From positions 9,774-73,773 of the forward strand of contig JBGSMV010000046.1 of NCBI GenBank assembly GCA_041739995.1: a stretch of 64,000 nucleotides of DNA, in the 5' to 3' direction. The notes beneath the pieces were generated by a model. That model was not told the origin of the DNA. It made no database searches and saw only the letters and a program-made list of their open reading frames with translations. A program made the position numbers and the translations under genes. Position 1 is the first letter of the stretch, and every line of letters starts with the position of its first letter. Positions 48,724 to 60,158 of this stretch are shown one piece after another. This DNA comes from Bdellovibrionota bacterium. Its GTDB lineage: Bacteria > Bdellovibrionota_C > UBA2361 > JBGSMV01.

Positions 48724-50382
48724 CTATTCCCACTCAATCGTCGCAGGTGGCTTGGATGAAATATCGAGTACAACTCGATTGACGCCCCGCACCTCATTGA
48801 TGATTCGATTGCTCACTCGACGAAGAAGATCTTCTGGTAAATAAGTCCAATCAGCCGTCATGCCATCTTCTGAATGCACCGCACGCAAGGCGATGGTCTG
48901 TTCGTAGGTTCTTCCGTCTCCCATCACGCCGACGCTTTGAATCGGAAGAAGCACGGCAAAGCTCTGCCAAAGGCGGGTGTATAAGTCAGCCGCCTTTACT
49001 TCTTCTTGAAAAATCACGTCAGCGTCTCTAAGAATTCGTAGTCGCTCCGGGGTGATCTCTCCAAGAATACGCACCGCAAGTCCTGGCCCAGGAAACGGTT
49101 GTCGAGAAAGCAATTCTTCGGGAACTTTCAAGTCTCTTCCAAGACGACGCACCTCGTCTTTGAATAGCTCTCGAAGCGGCTCTATCAGCCGCAGCTTCAT
49201 ACGCTCGGGCAAGCCGCCGACGTTATGGTGTGACTTGATAACCGCTGAGGGGCCGCGCACCGAAATACTCTCAATCACATCTGGATAAAGCGTGCCTTGG
49301 ACAAGATGAGTTACATTCTCGATGCGGTGTGCCTCACGTTCGAAGACTTCAATGAACACCCGTCCAATTATCTTTCTCTTCTGTTCCGGATCCGTGACTC
49401 CCTTAAGTGCCGAGAGGAAATCCTCACCCGCGTCAATAATTGAGAGGTTAAGCCCAAGTCCATTCTTGCCCAGCTGTCTTTCGACCTCTTCGCTTTCATG
49501 TCGGCGCATTAAGCCATTGTCGATGTAAAGACAGTGCAGACGTTTGCCAATCGCTTTCTCCACAATCACTGCGGCGACGGTTGAATCAACTCCGCCGCTC
49601 AGTCCGCAGATAACCTGGGCATCTGATGCAACTTCCGCTTGGATCGCACTGACCCAGTTATTTATAAAATCAGCAGGCGACCAACTTGGCGAAATCCCCG
49701 CGATTTTGAACAGGAAGTTCCCCAAAATCTCTTTACCGCGCGGTGTATGCGATACCTCGGGGTGAAATTGCAGTGCATATGTCTTAGTGGCTGCATTTCC
49801 GATAGCAGCAACCGGCGCGCCTGCGGTGCTCGCAAGCACGGTAAATCCTTGCGGCGCCTCGCTTACATGATCGCCGTGACTCATCCAGACGGAGAGACGT
49901 TCGTCGGACTCAAAACCGTCGAACAAGCCATCAGCTTTTTCAACCTGGAGTACGCTAGGCCCGTACTCACGACTCTCTCCTCTTTGTAACTTGGCGCCAC
50001 ATCGATGCGCGATGAGCTGGAGGCCGTAACAAATCCCAAGGGTAGGAAGTCCAAGTTCGAGCCATTTAGGGTCGAACGGCGGGGCATCAGCATCCGTAAC
50101 GCTGGCAGGTCCTCCCGAAAGAATCAGTGCTTTCACCCGAGAGGTGTCGATGGCGCCTGGTGCCATGGTGCAGGGGCGAACTTCACTATAAACACCTAGC
50201 TCCCTAACTCGCCGGGCGATGAGCTGGGTGTACTGAGAGCCAAAATCAAGGACCAATACCTGATCGGCCAGAACCGCCATAGGAGGCGAACTAGGCTGCT
50301 GATCCTTGGACTGGCTTTCCGATTCCGTGCTATTCCCCGACTTAACGCCTGATGCGCCGCGCTTCTCTACCACTATATCCAC
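48724..50382 (-). CDS. guaA: GMP synthase (glutamine-hydrolysing)
   Basis: [52 protein letters not shown]. Confidence 0.98.
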   Translation of the reverse strand: MDIVVEKRGASGVKSGNSTESESQSKDQQPSSPPMAVLADQVLVLDFGSQYTQLIARRVRELGVYSEVRPCTMAPGAIDTSRVKALILSGGPASVTDADAPPFDPKWLELGLPTLGICYGLQLIAHRCGAKLQRGESREYGPSVLQVEKADGLFDGFESDERLSVWMSHGDHVSEAPQGFTVLASTAGAPVAAIGNAATKTYALQFHPEVSHTPRGKEILGNFLFKIAGISPSWSPADFINNWVSAIQAEVASDAQVICGLSGGVDSTVAAVIVEKAIGKRLHCLYIDNGLMRRHESEEVERQLGKNGLGLNLSIIDAGEDFLSALKGVTDPEQKRKIIGRVFIEVFEREAHRIENVTHLVQGTLYPDVIESISVRGPSAVIKSHHNVGGLPERMKLRLIEPLRELFKDEVRRLGRDLKVPEELLSRQPFPGPGLAVRILGEITPERLRILRDADVIFQEEVKAADLYTRLWQSFAVLLPIQSVGVMGDGRTYEQTIALRAVHSEDGMTADWTYLPEDLLRRVSNRIINEVRGVNRVVLDISSKPPATIEWE

Positions 50383-50488
50383 CCCTCAGTAATTCTCTCG
50401 CCAAGATCTTAAAGCGCCCCTACCCCAATTGTCACCTAAGCCCAAGGCACGCTAGCATGGGGCCAGGCAGCCAGTATCCAGCCCCCTT

Positions 50489-51556
50489 TTGGTGAAGAGA
50501 GGTATAGTTCTGATTTCCATAAGCTTCAATCGGTCAACCCGAGCTACCTTTAAAAGTCGCTCCCTCGCATGGATTCCTTACGTTGCCAGCGTTTCTCTAG
50601 CCCTCATTCCTTTTGCCCCGGTCGACCGGTTCTTTGGGGGAGCCATAGGCTACGAACTAAGCTCGTTGCTCTCTCCCGCTGAAGCCCAGGCCGAGTTCGT
50701 TCAAACCAGTCCAGGAGTTCTGCAGAGTTCAGATCTGACCACGAAGGTTATTATCTCACACCGCGTTCCAGGAATTTTTTTCTTGGTGGGGGAACCCATC
50801 GATCTGCAACTCTTCGACCCGTCCGGCCTTGAATCACCAGAAAACGAAGCTGCTTTTCCAGCAGTGCATATGTTTATCGAGTACGACGCGGCGCAAGATC
50901 GCTATGTCGCTCTGCACGTTGGTTCAAGAGCGTTTCGAATTAAGGGCGGCTTTTCATTAGTGATCCCTGCCAAACATCCACCTAAAGGTGGCAATACTTG
51001 GCAACAGCGAATTACGGTAGACAATAACAATCCCTATCTCTCCATAGTGCATGAACCTGCGGGCGGCTCCGAATCTGCCCAGCCCGACATTTTAGGCTTT
51101 CGCGGCATTCAACTAGTGGTCAAAAAGACCGGGCAGAGAAATGCAGCACTTCTTGAAGCCAACCAGTTTAATGAGCTCAAAGGTTTAATTGAACCTTATA
51201 CACTAAACTCGGGAGTGCTGCGATTTAAAGGCGAAGATTTTACAGGGGCCTCCGTCGGTGTAGATATTGAGCCGGCCAAGAACTCTTGCCTGCAAAGCGG
51301 AACCTCTTTCCTTGCCCAAAATGAAGCTTCAGGACTGCGCAAGAGCCAAGACAGAAGCGTTGCCTTGCGCGAACTTGAAGAGCTGCTAAAGAAAGGCGCT
51401 GCAAAAGACCCTTTCCGTGGTGCTTTACTTCTGCGAATCACCCCGCAGGAAATCATTGCGCTAGACTATCGAAAGAATCGGGCAATGGTAGTTCGGCCTC
51501 TCCCCAAAGGAGCACAACCAGTGTGTCTGATTGAAGAAGTGTCGCTGGATGAATAG
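50489..51556 (+). CDS. Hypothetical exported/membrane-anchored protein
   Basis: 355-aa ORF with N-terminal hydrophobic segment and beta-rich body. Confidence 0.55.
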   Translation: MVKRGIVLISISFNRSTRATFKSRSLAWIPYVASVSLALIPFAPVDRFFGGAIGYELSSLLSPAEAQAEFVQTSPGVLQSSDLTTKVIISHRVPGIFFLVGEPIDLQLFDPSGLESPENEAAFPAVHMFIEYDAAQDRYVALHVGSRAFRIKGGFSLVIPAKHPPKGGNTWQQRITVDNNNPYLSIVHEPAGGSESAQPDILGFRGIQLVVKKTGQRNAALLEANQFNELKGLIEPYTLNSGVLRFKGEDFTGASVGVDIEPAKNSCLQSGTSFLAQNEASGLRKSQDRSVALRELEELLKKGAAKDPFRGALLLRITPQEIIALDYRKNRAMVVRPLPKGAQPVCLIEEVSLDE

Positions 51557-51577
51557 CTTTATCATACAATTTTGCTG

Positions 51578-52522
51578 ATGCATTTAGGCCACGATCACAG
51601 CTGCGGCGCTCACGGCGAGTCCTCTCACGGTCATCACGCGTCCTTTGATTCCCAATCACCAAAGCTGCGCCGCACGCTTGTGATCGGAATGATTATCAAC
51701 GCGGCATTCGTAGTGACGGAGTTTGTAGCCGGCTGGCTTGCCAACTCTGTGGCGCTGCTCGCCGACGCGGCCCACAACCTCGGCGATGTATGTGGTTTGG
51801 GGCTTTCTTGGCTTGCCGTATACGCGGCGTCGCGCGCACCGAATCAACGTCACACTTGGGGCTATCGAAGATCGTCCATGCTTGCGGCACTTGCTCACGC
51901 AGTGGCACTGATCTCACTTGCGGTTTTCACCATATGGGAAGGCGCCGAGCGTTTTTTCCTGCCCTCAGAAGTGCATGCTCCAACCATCATTGGAGTTGCG
52001 TTAGTAGGAATTCTGATAAACGGTGTCACTGCTGTGCTACTTTTTAGGCACGACCAGGGCGACTTGAATGTGCGTGGCGCGTTCTTGCACATGCTCGCCG
52101 ACATGATGGTCTCGGTCGGGGTGGTCGTCACCGGAATTTTGATCGCTTTCACCAATTGGCTGTGGCTTGATCCAGTCACCAGTTTCATTATTGCTGGAGT
52201 AATTCTTGCCACTACTTGGAAACTTCTTACTCAGTCACTTGCACTTAATCTTGATGCGGTTCCAAGTCGCCTCAATCTTGAAGATATCGCCGCCACACTG
52301 GGCGCTCTCCCTGGGGTGGACGAGGTGCATGACCTGCACGTTTGGAGCACAAGTACTACCTCCGTCGCTCTCACCGCCCATTTAGTGCGCTCGGAAACGA
52401 GCGCTACCGATTCGCTCCTGGCCGAGGCGGCGTCGGTATTACGTTCCCGCTTCGGAATTACACACAGCACATTACAGATTGAATCGACCTCGAGGTCAGC
52501 CGACTGCGAACGCTGCGACTAG
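51578..52522 (+). CDS. Cation diffusion facilitator (Zn/Co/Cd efflux, CzcD/ZitB-like)
   Basis: His-rich N-terminus, ALLADAAHNLGD, NVRGAFLHMLAD, VHDLHVWS, HSTLQIE. Confidence 0.94.
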   Translation: MHLGHDHSCGAHGESSHGHHASFDSQSPKLRRTLVIGMIINAAFVVTEFVAGWLANSVALLADAAHNLGDVCGLGLSWLAVYAASRAPNQRHTWGYRRSSMLAALAHAVALISLAVFTIWEGAERFFLPSEVHAPTIIGVALVGILINGVTAVLLFRHDQGDLNVRGAFLHMLADMMVSVGVVVTGILIAFTNWLWLDPVTSFIIAGVILATTWKLLTQSLALNLDAVPSRLNLEDIAATLGALPGVDEVHDLHVWSTSTTSVALTAHLVRSETSATDSLLAEAASVLRSRFGITHSTLQIESTSRSADCERCD

Positions 52523-52660
52523 CAGATACTACTTGAATTCTAGCGTGTTAGGTCAAGAAGCGGCCAGCTCACGCTCGAAGATTGAACTCCTTCGGCCCTG
52601 GTGCTCACCAAACGCACATCGTAAGCTCGCGCCTAAGCTCCAGCTCTCAGATCTCACTCT

Positions 52661-54514
52661 ATGACAGACTCATTGTCCTCGATTATAGATGGCCTTCTCC
52701 ATTGGCTTCGTCTTATTGCTAACAGCCCGGTGAAGGTGCTTTCAATCTTCCTTGTCTGCGCGCTCATTGCTCGCGCATCCACCCTAGAAATCAACGCTCT
52801 GGCCGATCCCACTGAAACACGCTACGCGAGCATCGCTCAGGAAATGATTCTTGGAGGAGACTGGGTCACCCCGAAGCTTCCTATGCCGACTGGCATAGAA
52901 CCTTACCTTGGGAAACCGCCACTTCATTTTTGGATGACCGCAGCCTCTTACTCAGCCTTCGGAGTGGATGAATGGTCGAGCCGATTTCCAAGCTTCGTTG
53001 CCATGCTCGCCATCGTTGCTCTGCTGCTCGTATTTTCTCGCAAATTCCTGACACTAGAAATCGGCATGGGCGGTGCCGGGATTCTTCTCTCATGCGCCAT
53101 ATTCTTCTTTTTCTCCGGCGCAAGCGTTATTGACGTCACACTGACTGCGTGTGTGACGCTCGCGATTGTGGGTTTTGCTCTCGGGATGAATGAGACCGGT
53201 CGAACGAGACTCTTTTTTGGCGCTATGGTTTCACTAGGCGCAGCACTCGGCTTTTTGACAAAGGGGCCAATCGCAATTGCACTCATCGCGGGCACGGCGT
53301 TGGGATTTTCGCTGCTGCGACGAGACTTTGGAGCACTGAGACGGTATCCGTGGGTAGCGGGCATTGCACTCTTCCTTGTGGCCACGGCTCCATGGTTCAT
53401 CTGGTCAGAAATTCGGAACCCAGGATTCCTCAAGTATTTTGTGTGGAACGAGAACATCGCTCGCTATTTGTTCAAAGAGTACGGGGATCTCTACGGGAGA
53501 GGCCATCGACATCCACGCGGCTTTGTGTGGCTGGCGTTGTTTTTAGCACTTTTGCCGTGGACTCCATTGTTGCTCCATCAAAGTTGGCGACAACGACGAG
53601 CACTTTTGTCTGAGCCACGAGCACTGCTGCTTGCATGGGGTCTCTCGGTCGCAGTATTTTTCACTTTCGTTCGACAACTTCACATTGGCTATGTCATTCC
53701 CGGACTGCCCGCGCTCTCACTTCTACTCGCCGATCTCGTTCATTCGTCAAACTCACATAAAGATACTAAGGTTTTCGGCTCCCGCTACTTGAACTGGCTG
53801 AGTGTGATCGCTTGTGTCGTCTCGGCAGGCTCTCTGCTTTGGATTCTCTATACCATCGGCATTCGCCCGCGCTGGGAGACCCTCACCCCGGTTCTCATAC
53901 TCTGTCTTTGTGCTCTCGGTGCTTATTCAATCTGGCATGTGACGGTTCGTACAGCCAACGGTTCCCTAAGTATTCTTCATGGGGCCACCGTCTCGTGGGC
54001 CTTGATGTACGGAATCTTGTTAATTGCCGTTACACCGCAGCTAGATCGAAGTACTTCCACCGAAAATATGCTCGACAAAATGTCTGTCGAGATTCGAGAG
54101 GACAATCCGCAAATCGGGGTCTTCGCAAACAACACCTATTCCTATTATTGGCTCGCCAATGCCGGGACTGAGGAACTCGATCGGCCCGTCAGAATTACCT
54201 ATTTCGACTCCTTTGACGTGGGTACCATTCGACATCTGCTGGTAAGACAGAAGGATATATCAGGCCTTCCCGAAGACGTTGCCGAGCACTATCGCCAAAA
54301 AGCGCAAATTGGCAAATGGGTGTGGCTACGAAAGAGAAAATTTCCAGATTTTCGACTTGATGCGTATCTGCAGAAAACCTGCACTCAACTGCAGGCACCA
54401 TATCTTCTGAGCCCAATTCAAACCTCGATGTTCGTCCCTCATGACTGCCTTCCTGAGTCGATGCGTCCGAACTTTACCGCAGGATCTCTACAATGCAATT
54501 CTAAACAGGGCTAA
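52661..54514 (+). CDS. ArnT-like (GT83/GT39) glycosyltransferase
   Basis: DPTETRYASIAQEM...GDWVTP, KPPLHFW, FLTKGP, APWF. Confidence 0.9.
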   Translation: MTDSLSSIIDGLLHWLRLIANSPVKVLSIFLVCALIARASTLEINALADPTETRYASIAQEMILGGDWVTPKLPMPTGIEPYLGKPPLHFWMTAASYSAFGVDEWSSRFPSFVAMLAIVALLLVFSRKFLTLEIGMGGAGILLSCAIFFFFSGASVIDVTLTACVTLAIVGFALGMNETGRTRLFFGAMVSLGAALGFLTKGPIAIALIAGTALGFSLLRRDFGALRRYPWVAGIALFLVATAPWFIWSEIRNPGFLKYFVWNENIARYLFKEYGDLYGRGHRHPRGFVWLALFLALLPWTPLLLHQSWRQRRALLSEPRALLLAWGLSVAVFFTFVRQLHIGYVIPGLPALSLLLADLVHSSNSHKDTKVFGSRYLNWLSVIACVVSAGSLLWILYTIGIRPRWETLTPVLILCLCALGAYSIWHVTVRTANGSLSILHGATVSWALMYGILLIAVTPQLDRSTSTENMLDKMSVEIREDNPQIGVFANNTYSYYWLANAGTEELDRPVRITYFDSFDVGTIRHLLVRQKDISGLPEDVAEHYRQKAQIGKWVWLRKRKFPDFRLDAYLQKTCTQLQAPYLLSPIQTSMFVPHDCLPESMRPNFTAGSLQCNSKQG

Positions 54515-54538
54515 GTCCCCCCTCCGCAAGGGACACGC

Positions 54539-56221
54539 TCAACTTCTGTCCGCAGTGCTCTCCTCTACAACAGCATCAGAATCTGGACGAAGCACAGCGG
54601 CGACCCATGCTTCCAAATGGCCTGCCAAACTCCGTCCAACTTCCTTTTCGTCTCCAATGACTATCGCGCCATGAATCTCAAAATCATCGGTGAATTTCTG
54701 ATAGCGTGACCGCACGAAGACAGGAGTATGTGGCGCATGCGCTCTGACGTGTTCGAGAATCGCAATTGCCGACAAGTGATGTGGAATACTAATTACGACA
54801 GCTTTAGCTCGCTCAATATGAGCATGCTCAAGCACCTCATCTTGAGTCGCATCGCCGACAATTCCCTTGAACCCTAGGCGATGAGCTTCTTTAACGGAAA
54901 GCCTATTCATGTCTATGACGGTGACCCGATCGCCAAATTCAACCAAAGGCATCGCTGCGATCTGCCCGGCAGGGCCAAACCCAATCACCACCACCTCGGG
55001 GTATTTTGCCAAACTCTCCTGTGAATTCGGGAGAAGCGTCTCTCCGCCTAAAATGCGTGCGATTCGTCCACCGATTCGCGGAGCAAGTGGCACCGCGAAT
55101 GCGGTAAGGAAAAACGAAACTATCGCCACCGAGACTATCAGTGAGTACGTCTCACTGGTGACCGCGCCGCTACTTTGTCCGATTGTCCCAAGCACGAATG
55201 CGAACTCTCCAATCTGAGCCAAACAAACTCCAGTCGCTGATGCCACGCGAACAGTATGACCAAGCGCCTGGAAAATACCCCAAATCAAAAGCGCCTTTCC
55301 TAGGGTCACCATCGCGGTAACAACTACAACAAGACCCCAATTGTTAAGCATCCACATCGGATCTGCCACCATGCCTGCAGACCCAAAGAAGAGCGTGAGT
55401 AATACGACTCGGATAGAGGAGATGTCAGCGCGCACTTGGGTAGCAAATGCGGAACTTCCCAATAGCATTCCCGCCAAGAAGGCCCCAAGGGCTGGGGAAA
55501 TCCCCAGAGCAGACGACGCCCACGCGGCTCCCAATCCCATCACTACCGCAAACACAATGGTAAGCTCCCGATTGCGGTGTAGTGTCAGCGTCCCGAGCAT
55601 CAAGACCGAGAGCTTAGTAATCAAGAAGAGCCCCGCAACCAAGGCAACCATCATAATAAGAAGGTGGGTGATTGCTCCTGCGACTTGGCTCACGCCGCCT
55701 TCGCCACCAAGCACAGCCATCAGGAGCGCCAGTGGGACAACCGCCATGTCCTGGGTGAGCAGTACCGCGAGGCTATTTCTGCCGTGCGGCATCTCGACTT
55801 CAGCTCTCTCCATTAGCATGCGTAGCACTACGGCCGTGCTACTGAGAGAGATCATTATTCCGAACGCAACGGCTTCTCTGAAGGGAAGTCCAAAGAAATT
55901 TCCGAGAACTGCAGCAGCCACAACCGTGACCGTGACCTGTACCACACCTCCGATTAGGGCCTTAGTGCCCAGTTCACGAACGCGCGCGAACGAAAACTCG
56001 AGCCCGATACTAAACAGCAGCAACGCAACGCCGAGTTCCGCGATTGCCTCTATCTCGTGTCCCGAAACAATTACGTCCAAACTGCCGGCACCACCAAGCA
56101 GCATACCAGCAAGTAGGTAGCCGAGAATTGGGCTTTGGCCGAAACGCGCCATGAGTCCGCCGAAAAGCAGACACGCCAAGAGCAGCGCAACGATGTCACC
56201 GAGAATTACCGAAGGACCCAT
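54539..56221 (-). CDS. CPA2 cation:proton antiporter with TrkA-N (KTN) domain
   Basis: AELGVALLLFSIGLEFS, LSSTAVV, QD, LGAFLAG, QIGEFAFV, GFGPAG, GDAT. Confidence 0.93.
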   Translation of the reverse strand: MGPSVILGDIVALLLACLLFGGLMARFGQSPILGYLLAGMLLGGAGSLDVIVSGHEIEAIAELGVALLLFSIGLEFSFARVRELGTKALIGGVVQVTVTVVAAAVLGNFFGLPFREAVAFGIMISLSSTAVVLRMLMERAEVEMPHGRNSLAVLLTQDMAVVPLALLMAVLGGEGGVSQVAGAITHLLIMMVALVAGLFLITKLSVLMLGTLTLHRNRELTIVFAVVMGLGAAWASSALGISPALGAFLAGMLLGSSAFATQVRADISSIRVVLLTLFFGSAGMVADPMWMLNNWGLVVVVTAMVTLGKALLIWGIFQALGHTVRVASATGVCLAQIGEFAFVLGTIGQSSGAVTSETYSLIVSVAIVSFFLTAFAVPLAPRIGGRIARILGGETLLPNSQESLAKYPEVVVIGFGPAGQIAAMPLVEFGDRVTVIDMNRLSVKEAHRLGFKGIVGDATQDEVLEHAHIERAKAVVISIPHHLSAIAILEHVRAHAPHTPVFVRSRYQKFTDDFEIHGAIVIGDEKEVGRSLAGHLEAWVAAVLRPDSDAVVEESTADRS

Positions 56222-56355
56222 CCAACATCCTCAATTCCTAGCGGCAAAGTCGCTAGAGGTAGCACCTTCCTTTCGTGCAATCTCAGTCACTAACGTGTTG
56301 AAAACATTTAAGCCAGAGCCTTATGATCTGCTTAGACGACCACCCTTCACCTATT

Positions 56356-56383
56356 TTTGGAACGGATTTGGACTAAATTTGGA
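56356..56383. promoter_or_regulatory. Three TTTGGA direct repeats at 11-bp phasing (candidate transcription-factor site)
   Basis: tttggaacgga tttggactaaa tttgga, upstream of the antiporter. Confidence 0.4.
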
Positions 56384-56492
56384 TCAAAGCCCATAGAAAT
56401 TCCCCAGAGGTTGAGCTGACGACCTAAACCCTCCGGTGCAGACCTTCGGAACCCCCCTCAAGGAGCCTGAAATCTCTTTGACCGAGCTCATT

Positions 56493-57992
56493 CTACTCTA
56501 TCAAGGAATCGGTCGCCGACCACTCACCTGAGTCATTCTTCTCAAACTCTGCAGCCAGCGTCTCTTCCAAATCAACTTCCGGCACCTCTTTGCCGTTACG
56601 TTCCTTCTTCTCCTGCTGCTTTTCGGTTCGCTTTCTAAGCTGCAACTTTAGATCTATTCCTTCCATAGGATACGTCTTTCGCATCTGCTGCTTAATATAG
56701 CGCACGTAAGAAGGTTGAAGCTCCTTTGGATAATTGAGGAACATCAGAATCGTAGGCGGAGCCACGCTCACCTGAGTCGCAAAGAAAAGCTTCACCGGAT
56801 GCCCACGCACCACCGGTGGAGGATTCACATGGAATATTCTCTGCAACAACCGATTCAGTTCCCCCGTAGGGATTCGTATTTGAGAAGACTGATAGACATC
56901 AACCACCTGCTTCAAGATATTAGGACAACGCCTTCCGGTCAGCGCTGAAACAAAAATAATTGGTGCATAACGCGCGAAGGGAAGCTCCTGATAAATCGCC
57001 TCTTCAAACCCTTTGGCGGTACGATGATCTTTTTCCACCAAATCCCATTTATTAGCGACGATAATGAGCCCACGTCCACGTTCATGGATTAACTCAGCAA
57101 TCTTCTTGTCTTGCTCACTCGGCAGTCCCTCGCTCGAATCCAGCATAAGAATCGCGACGTCGGCACCCACAAGTGCTTTAAGAGTGCGCAAGTTGCTAAA
57201 CCGCTCGAGCGTCATCGCGTCGACTCGGGCCTTCTTTCGAAGCCCCGCCGTATCGATGAATACGAACTTCTTACCATCCCGCACCAAAGAAACGTCGATG
57301 CAATCGCGCGTAGTGCCGGGTGCGTCCGCGGCGATCACTCGCTCCGCGCCAAGCAAACGATTCACCAAAGATGACTTACCGACATTTGGCTTTCCTACAA
57401 TCGCCACTCGAATATCTTTTGGCGCTGCCGGCGCACCTTCGACTTCCTCACTCGGTGGTGGTGCCACGGGAACATATTCTGCAAGGCGCTCCCGCACCGC
57501 GGATCGCAGGTCATCAAGACCAAGCCGATGCGCCGCACTCACACACAACAGTTCGTCAATTCCAAGCGCGTAGAACTCAGCTGCAAGCACGCCCGTCAGA
57601 GGTCTCTCGCACTTATTCACCACCCACAGAACTGGCTTTCCGGAACGTCGTATAAGATCGACGACTTCATCATCCAACGAGCTAGGACCGTGCAAACCGT
57701 CGAACACTACAAGCACCAAATCGCTTTCTTCAAGCGCTACCTTTGCTTGCGCCTTTACCAGCTGCGACATTCCCTGAACTTGTTCTTCCTCGTCCTCGCC
57801 AACCAATCCACCTGTGTCTACAAGCGTAAAGGGCAACTTATCGTCTTTCACGAACGCATAATTACGGTCACGAGTAACCCCGGCCGTGTCTTCTACTACC
57901 GCGATTCTTCGACGAATAATTGCATTGAAAAGGGTTGATTTGCCGACGTTGGTTCGACCAACGATGGCTACCACCGGTACTCTGGAACTCAT
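56493..57992 (-). CDS. der: Ribosome biogenesis GTPase Der
   Basis: Two G domains (GRTNVGKS, GKPNVGKS; DTGG, DTAG; NKCE, NKWD) and a KH-like C-terminus. Confidence 0.97.
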   Translation of the reverse strand: MSSRVPVVAIVGRTNVGKSTLFNAIIRRRIAVVEDTAGVTRDRNYAFVKDDKLPFTLVDTGGLVGEDEEEQVQGMSQLVKAQAKVALEESDLVLVVFDGLHGPSSLDDEVVDLIRRSGKPVLWVVNKCERPLTGVLAAEFYALGIDELLCVSAAHRLGLDDLRSAVRERLAEYVPVAPPPSEEVEGAPAAPKDIRVAIVGKPNVGKSSLVNRLLGAERVIAADAPGTTRDCIDVSLVRDGKKFVFIDTAGLRKKARVDAMTLERFSNLRTLKALVGADVAILMLDSSEGLPSEQDKKIAELIHERGRGLIIVANKWDLVEKDHRTAKGFEEAIYQELPFARYAPIIFVSALTGRRCPNILKQVVDVYQSSQIRIPTGELNRLLQRIFHVNPPPVVRGHPVKLFFATQVSVAPPTILMFLNYPKELQPSYVRYIKQQMRKTYPMEGIDLKLQLRKRTEKQQEKKERNGKEVPEVDLEETLAAEFEKNDSGEWSATDSLIE

Positions 57993-58005
57993 GTTATCTC
58001 CTCGA

Positions 58006-58884
58006 TTACTCGCCGTTCTCGGTTTTGGTTTCCCCGGGAACTGAATTCTCAGGTGCCGCTGCTGCGGTTAAAAACATTTGGTCGATGGCATCGCCATGCG
58101 ACACTTTCGCCAGCGCCTCTGCTGCTGCTGCTTGTTGTGACGCTTTCTTGGTAGTGCCCCGGCCACGACCTACAATTTGCCCGTCGACTTTAACGACTGA
58201 AACAAACGTCGGTGAGTGCTCTGGTCCTTCCACTACCTCAAGCAAGTACTCCGGGGGTTCGCTGCCCTGCGCGTGTAACGCTTCTTGAAGCTCCGTCTTA
58301 GGGTCCGTCGGCGTCACATTCTGCAACTTCTCTCCAAACAGCCGTTGCACGCATTGCAACGCCACCTCAAAACCAGCTTCGCGGTATATGGCGCCCATGA
58401 GCGCTTCAAATACGTCGGCAAGAGTAGATGCGCGCTCGGCGCCGCCACTGATCAACTCGCCACGACTAAGGCGGATGTAGGGTCCAAGCCCAAGTCCACG
58501 CGCAGCTTCGGCAAGCGACTGAGTATTTACCAGCGCCGCTCTCATCTTTGAAAGTTCACCTTCGCGAGCATCGGGATAGATATCAAGAAGCAGGTGCGCC
58601 ACCGCAAGGTCCAGTACTGCGTCCCCAAGAAACTCAAGCCGCTCGTAATCGTTCTTCGAATTCGTCCTGGCATGAATCGATCGATGCGTGAGAGATCTCT
58701 CAAGCCATGCTCGATCAACGAACTGGTACCCGAGCACGGCCTCAATCTGCTGGTAGTGCTCGCGTCCCAGTGGTTGGGCTATTTCTCCTTCTCCGGCTTT
58801 CGATGCCTCTCCACTGCTGTTGTTGCCAGTGTTATTGCCAGCAGGTGGCTTTCCACTCCCGCCTGGCGGAATCACAAATCGCAT
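58006..58884 (-). CDS. rnc: Ribonuclease III
   Basis: ERLEFLGDAVL, ADVFEALMGAIY, dsRBD DPKTELQE...GPEHSPTF. Confidence 0.97.
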   Translation of the reverse strand: MRFVIPPGGSGKPPAGNNTGNNSSGEASKAGEGEIAQPLGREHYQQIEAVLGYQFVDRAWLERSLTHRSIHARTNSKNDYERLEFLGDAVLDLAVAHLLLDIYPDAREGELSKMRAALVNTQSLAEAARGLGLGPYIRLSRGELISGGAERASTLADVFEALMGAIYREAGFEVALQCVQRLFGEKLQNVTPTDPKTELQEALHAQGSEPPEYLLEVVEGPEHSPTFVSVVKVDGQIVGRGRGTTKKASQQAAAAEALAKVSHGDAIDQMFLTAAAAPENSVPGETKTENGE

Positions 58885-60158
58885 ACTGCTTCCTCCCTAT
58901 TTCCTTCATCCAAAACTTGAAGAGACTTTGGTCCACGACGCGCTGCTTGGTCCAAATCTCTGTCGACAGAATCTGCCTCCTGATCCCGCACCATGCGTCC
59001 GCCACCAAGCACCCGCTGATTCTCTCCATCATAAAACACTGCGGCCTGACCCGGACTTACCGCAGCCCATCCTTCCACGAACTCGACGACTGCCATCTGT
59101 TCCTCCCCCGGCCGGATACGAACAAGCACGGGAACTCCACGATGCCGGTAACGTAGTTGCGCGTGGCAGCGTATTTCTATCTCGGCCTGGTCCGCAGACT
59201 CTTTAGAAAGCTGTTGGCGAATCGTCGGGCACTGCCAGTTCATTTCAGCAACTCCAAAAGAACTGCGCTCTAAATCAGCACGAGGCCCCACGATTACCAG
59301 CTGATTCTCGGGATCGATCTCAACTACATAGAGCGGCTCTTCCGGAGCGCCGGCTCTGCCGCCCACTCCGAGACCTTTTCTCTGCCCTACTGTAAAGCCG
59401 TGCACTCCTTCGTGCGTACCTAACAGCTTACCGCTTCGATCCACTATCTTACCCGGGGCTACCTGCACCCCCTGCTGCTGGACGAACTCTCTCACAGATC
59501 CGGAAACAAAGCAGATGTCCTGACTTTCGGGCTTTTCAGCGGTGGGAAGGCCCGTTTTCCTCGCCAATTCACGCACCTCGTCCTTGGTAAGGTGCCCCAC
59601 GGGGAAAAGGGTGTTGGACAGCTCTTCCTGGCTCAAACCGTAGAGGAAGTAGCTCTGGTCCTTACGCTCGTCATTTCCGCGCAGAAGTCCAAAACCTCCT
59701 GCCACAGGCTCAATACGAGCATAGTGCCCGGTTGCAATGTGCGTTCCCCCAAAGCTAAGTGCTCGGCGCCGGAGCTCTTTGAACTTGACCTTGTTGTTGC
59801 AATCTATGCAGGGATTAGGGGTAAGTCCGCGTTGATAGCTCGCCACAAAGCGGTTGATGACTTCTTCGCGAAATACTCGCTCAAAATCGAAGACGTAGAA
59901 GGGAATGCCTAAGTTAGAAGCAACCATGCGTGCGTCGCAAAAGTCGCTCGGCGCACAGCAAGTAGCCCGCGATGCGGACCCGCCTTTCTCTCTGTAATCC
60001 CAGACCTGCATCGAAATGCCGACAAGGTCTTCGCCTTGTTGCGCAAGGACAGCGGCGGCCACAGAAGAGTCCACGCCACCTGACATGGCAACCACAACAC
60101 GGCGCGCGGAATTACGTCCGGAGATCTTAGTAAAATCAATTGGCGGGCTAGACTGCAT
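58872..60158 (-). CDS. mnmA: tRNA 2-thiouridylase
   Basis: AMSGGVDSS, TPNPCIDCN, ATGHYA, KDQSYFL, ESQDICF, TVGQRKG, PGQAAVFY. Confidence 0.97.
   Translation of the reverse strand: MQSSPPIDFTKISGRNSARRVVVAMSGGVDSSVAAAVLAQQGEDLVGISMQVWDYREKGGSASRATCCAPSDFCDARMVASNLGIPFYVFDFERVFREEVINRFVASYQRGLTPNPCIDCNNKVKFKELRRRALSFGGTHIATGHYARIEPVAGGFGLLRGNDERKDQSYFLYGLSQEELSNTLFPVGHLTKDEVRELARKTGLPTAEKPESQDICFVSGSVREFVQQQGVQVAPGKIVDRSGKLLGTHEGVHGFTVGQRKGLGVGGRAGAPEEPLYVVEIDPENQLVIVGPRADLERSSFGVAEMNWQCPTIRQQLSKESADQAEIEIRCHAQLRYRHRGVPVLVRIRPGEEQMAVVEFVEGWAAVSPGQAAVFYDGENQRVLGGGRMVRDQEADSVDRDLDQAARRGPKSLQVLDEGNREEAVCDL

Noticed and set aside
55341..56120. 259-aa + strand ORF, and many similar antisense ORFs in the track
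   Set aside because: Shadow frames of well-supported opposite-strand genes.
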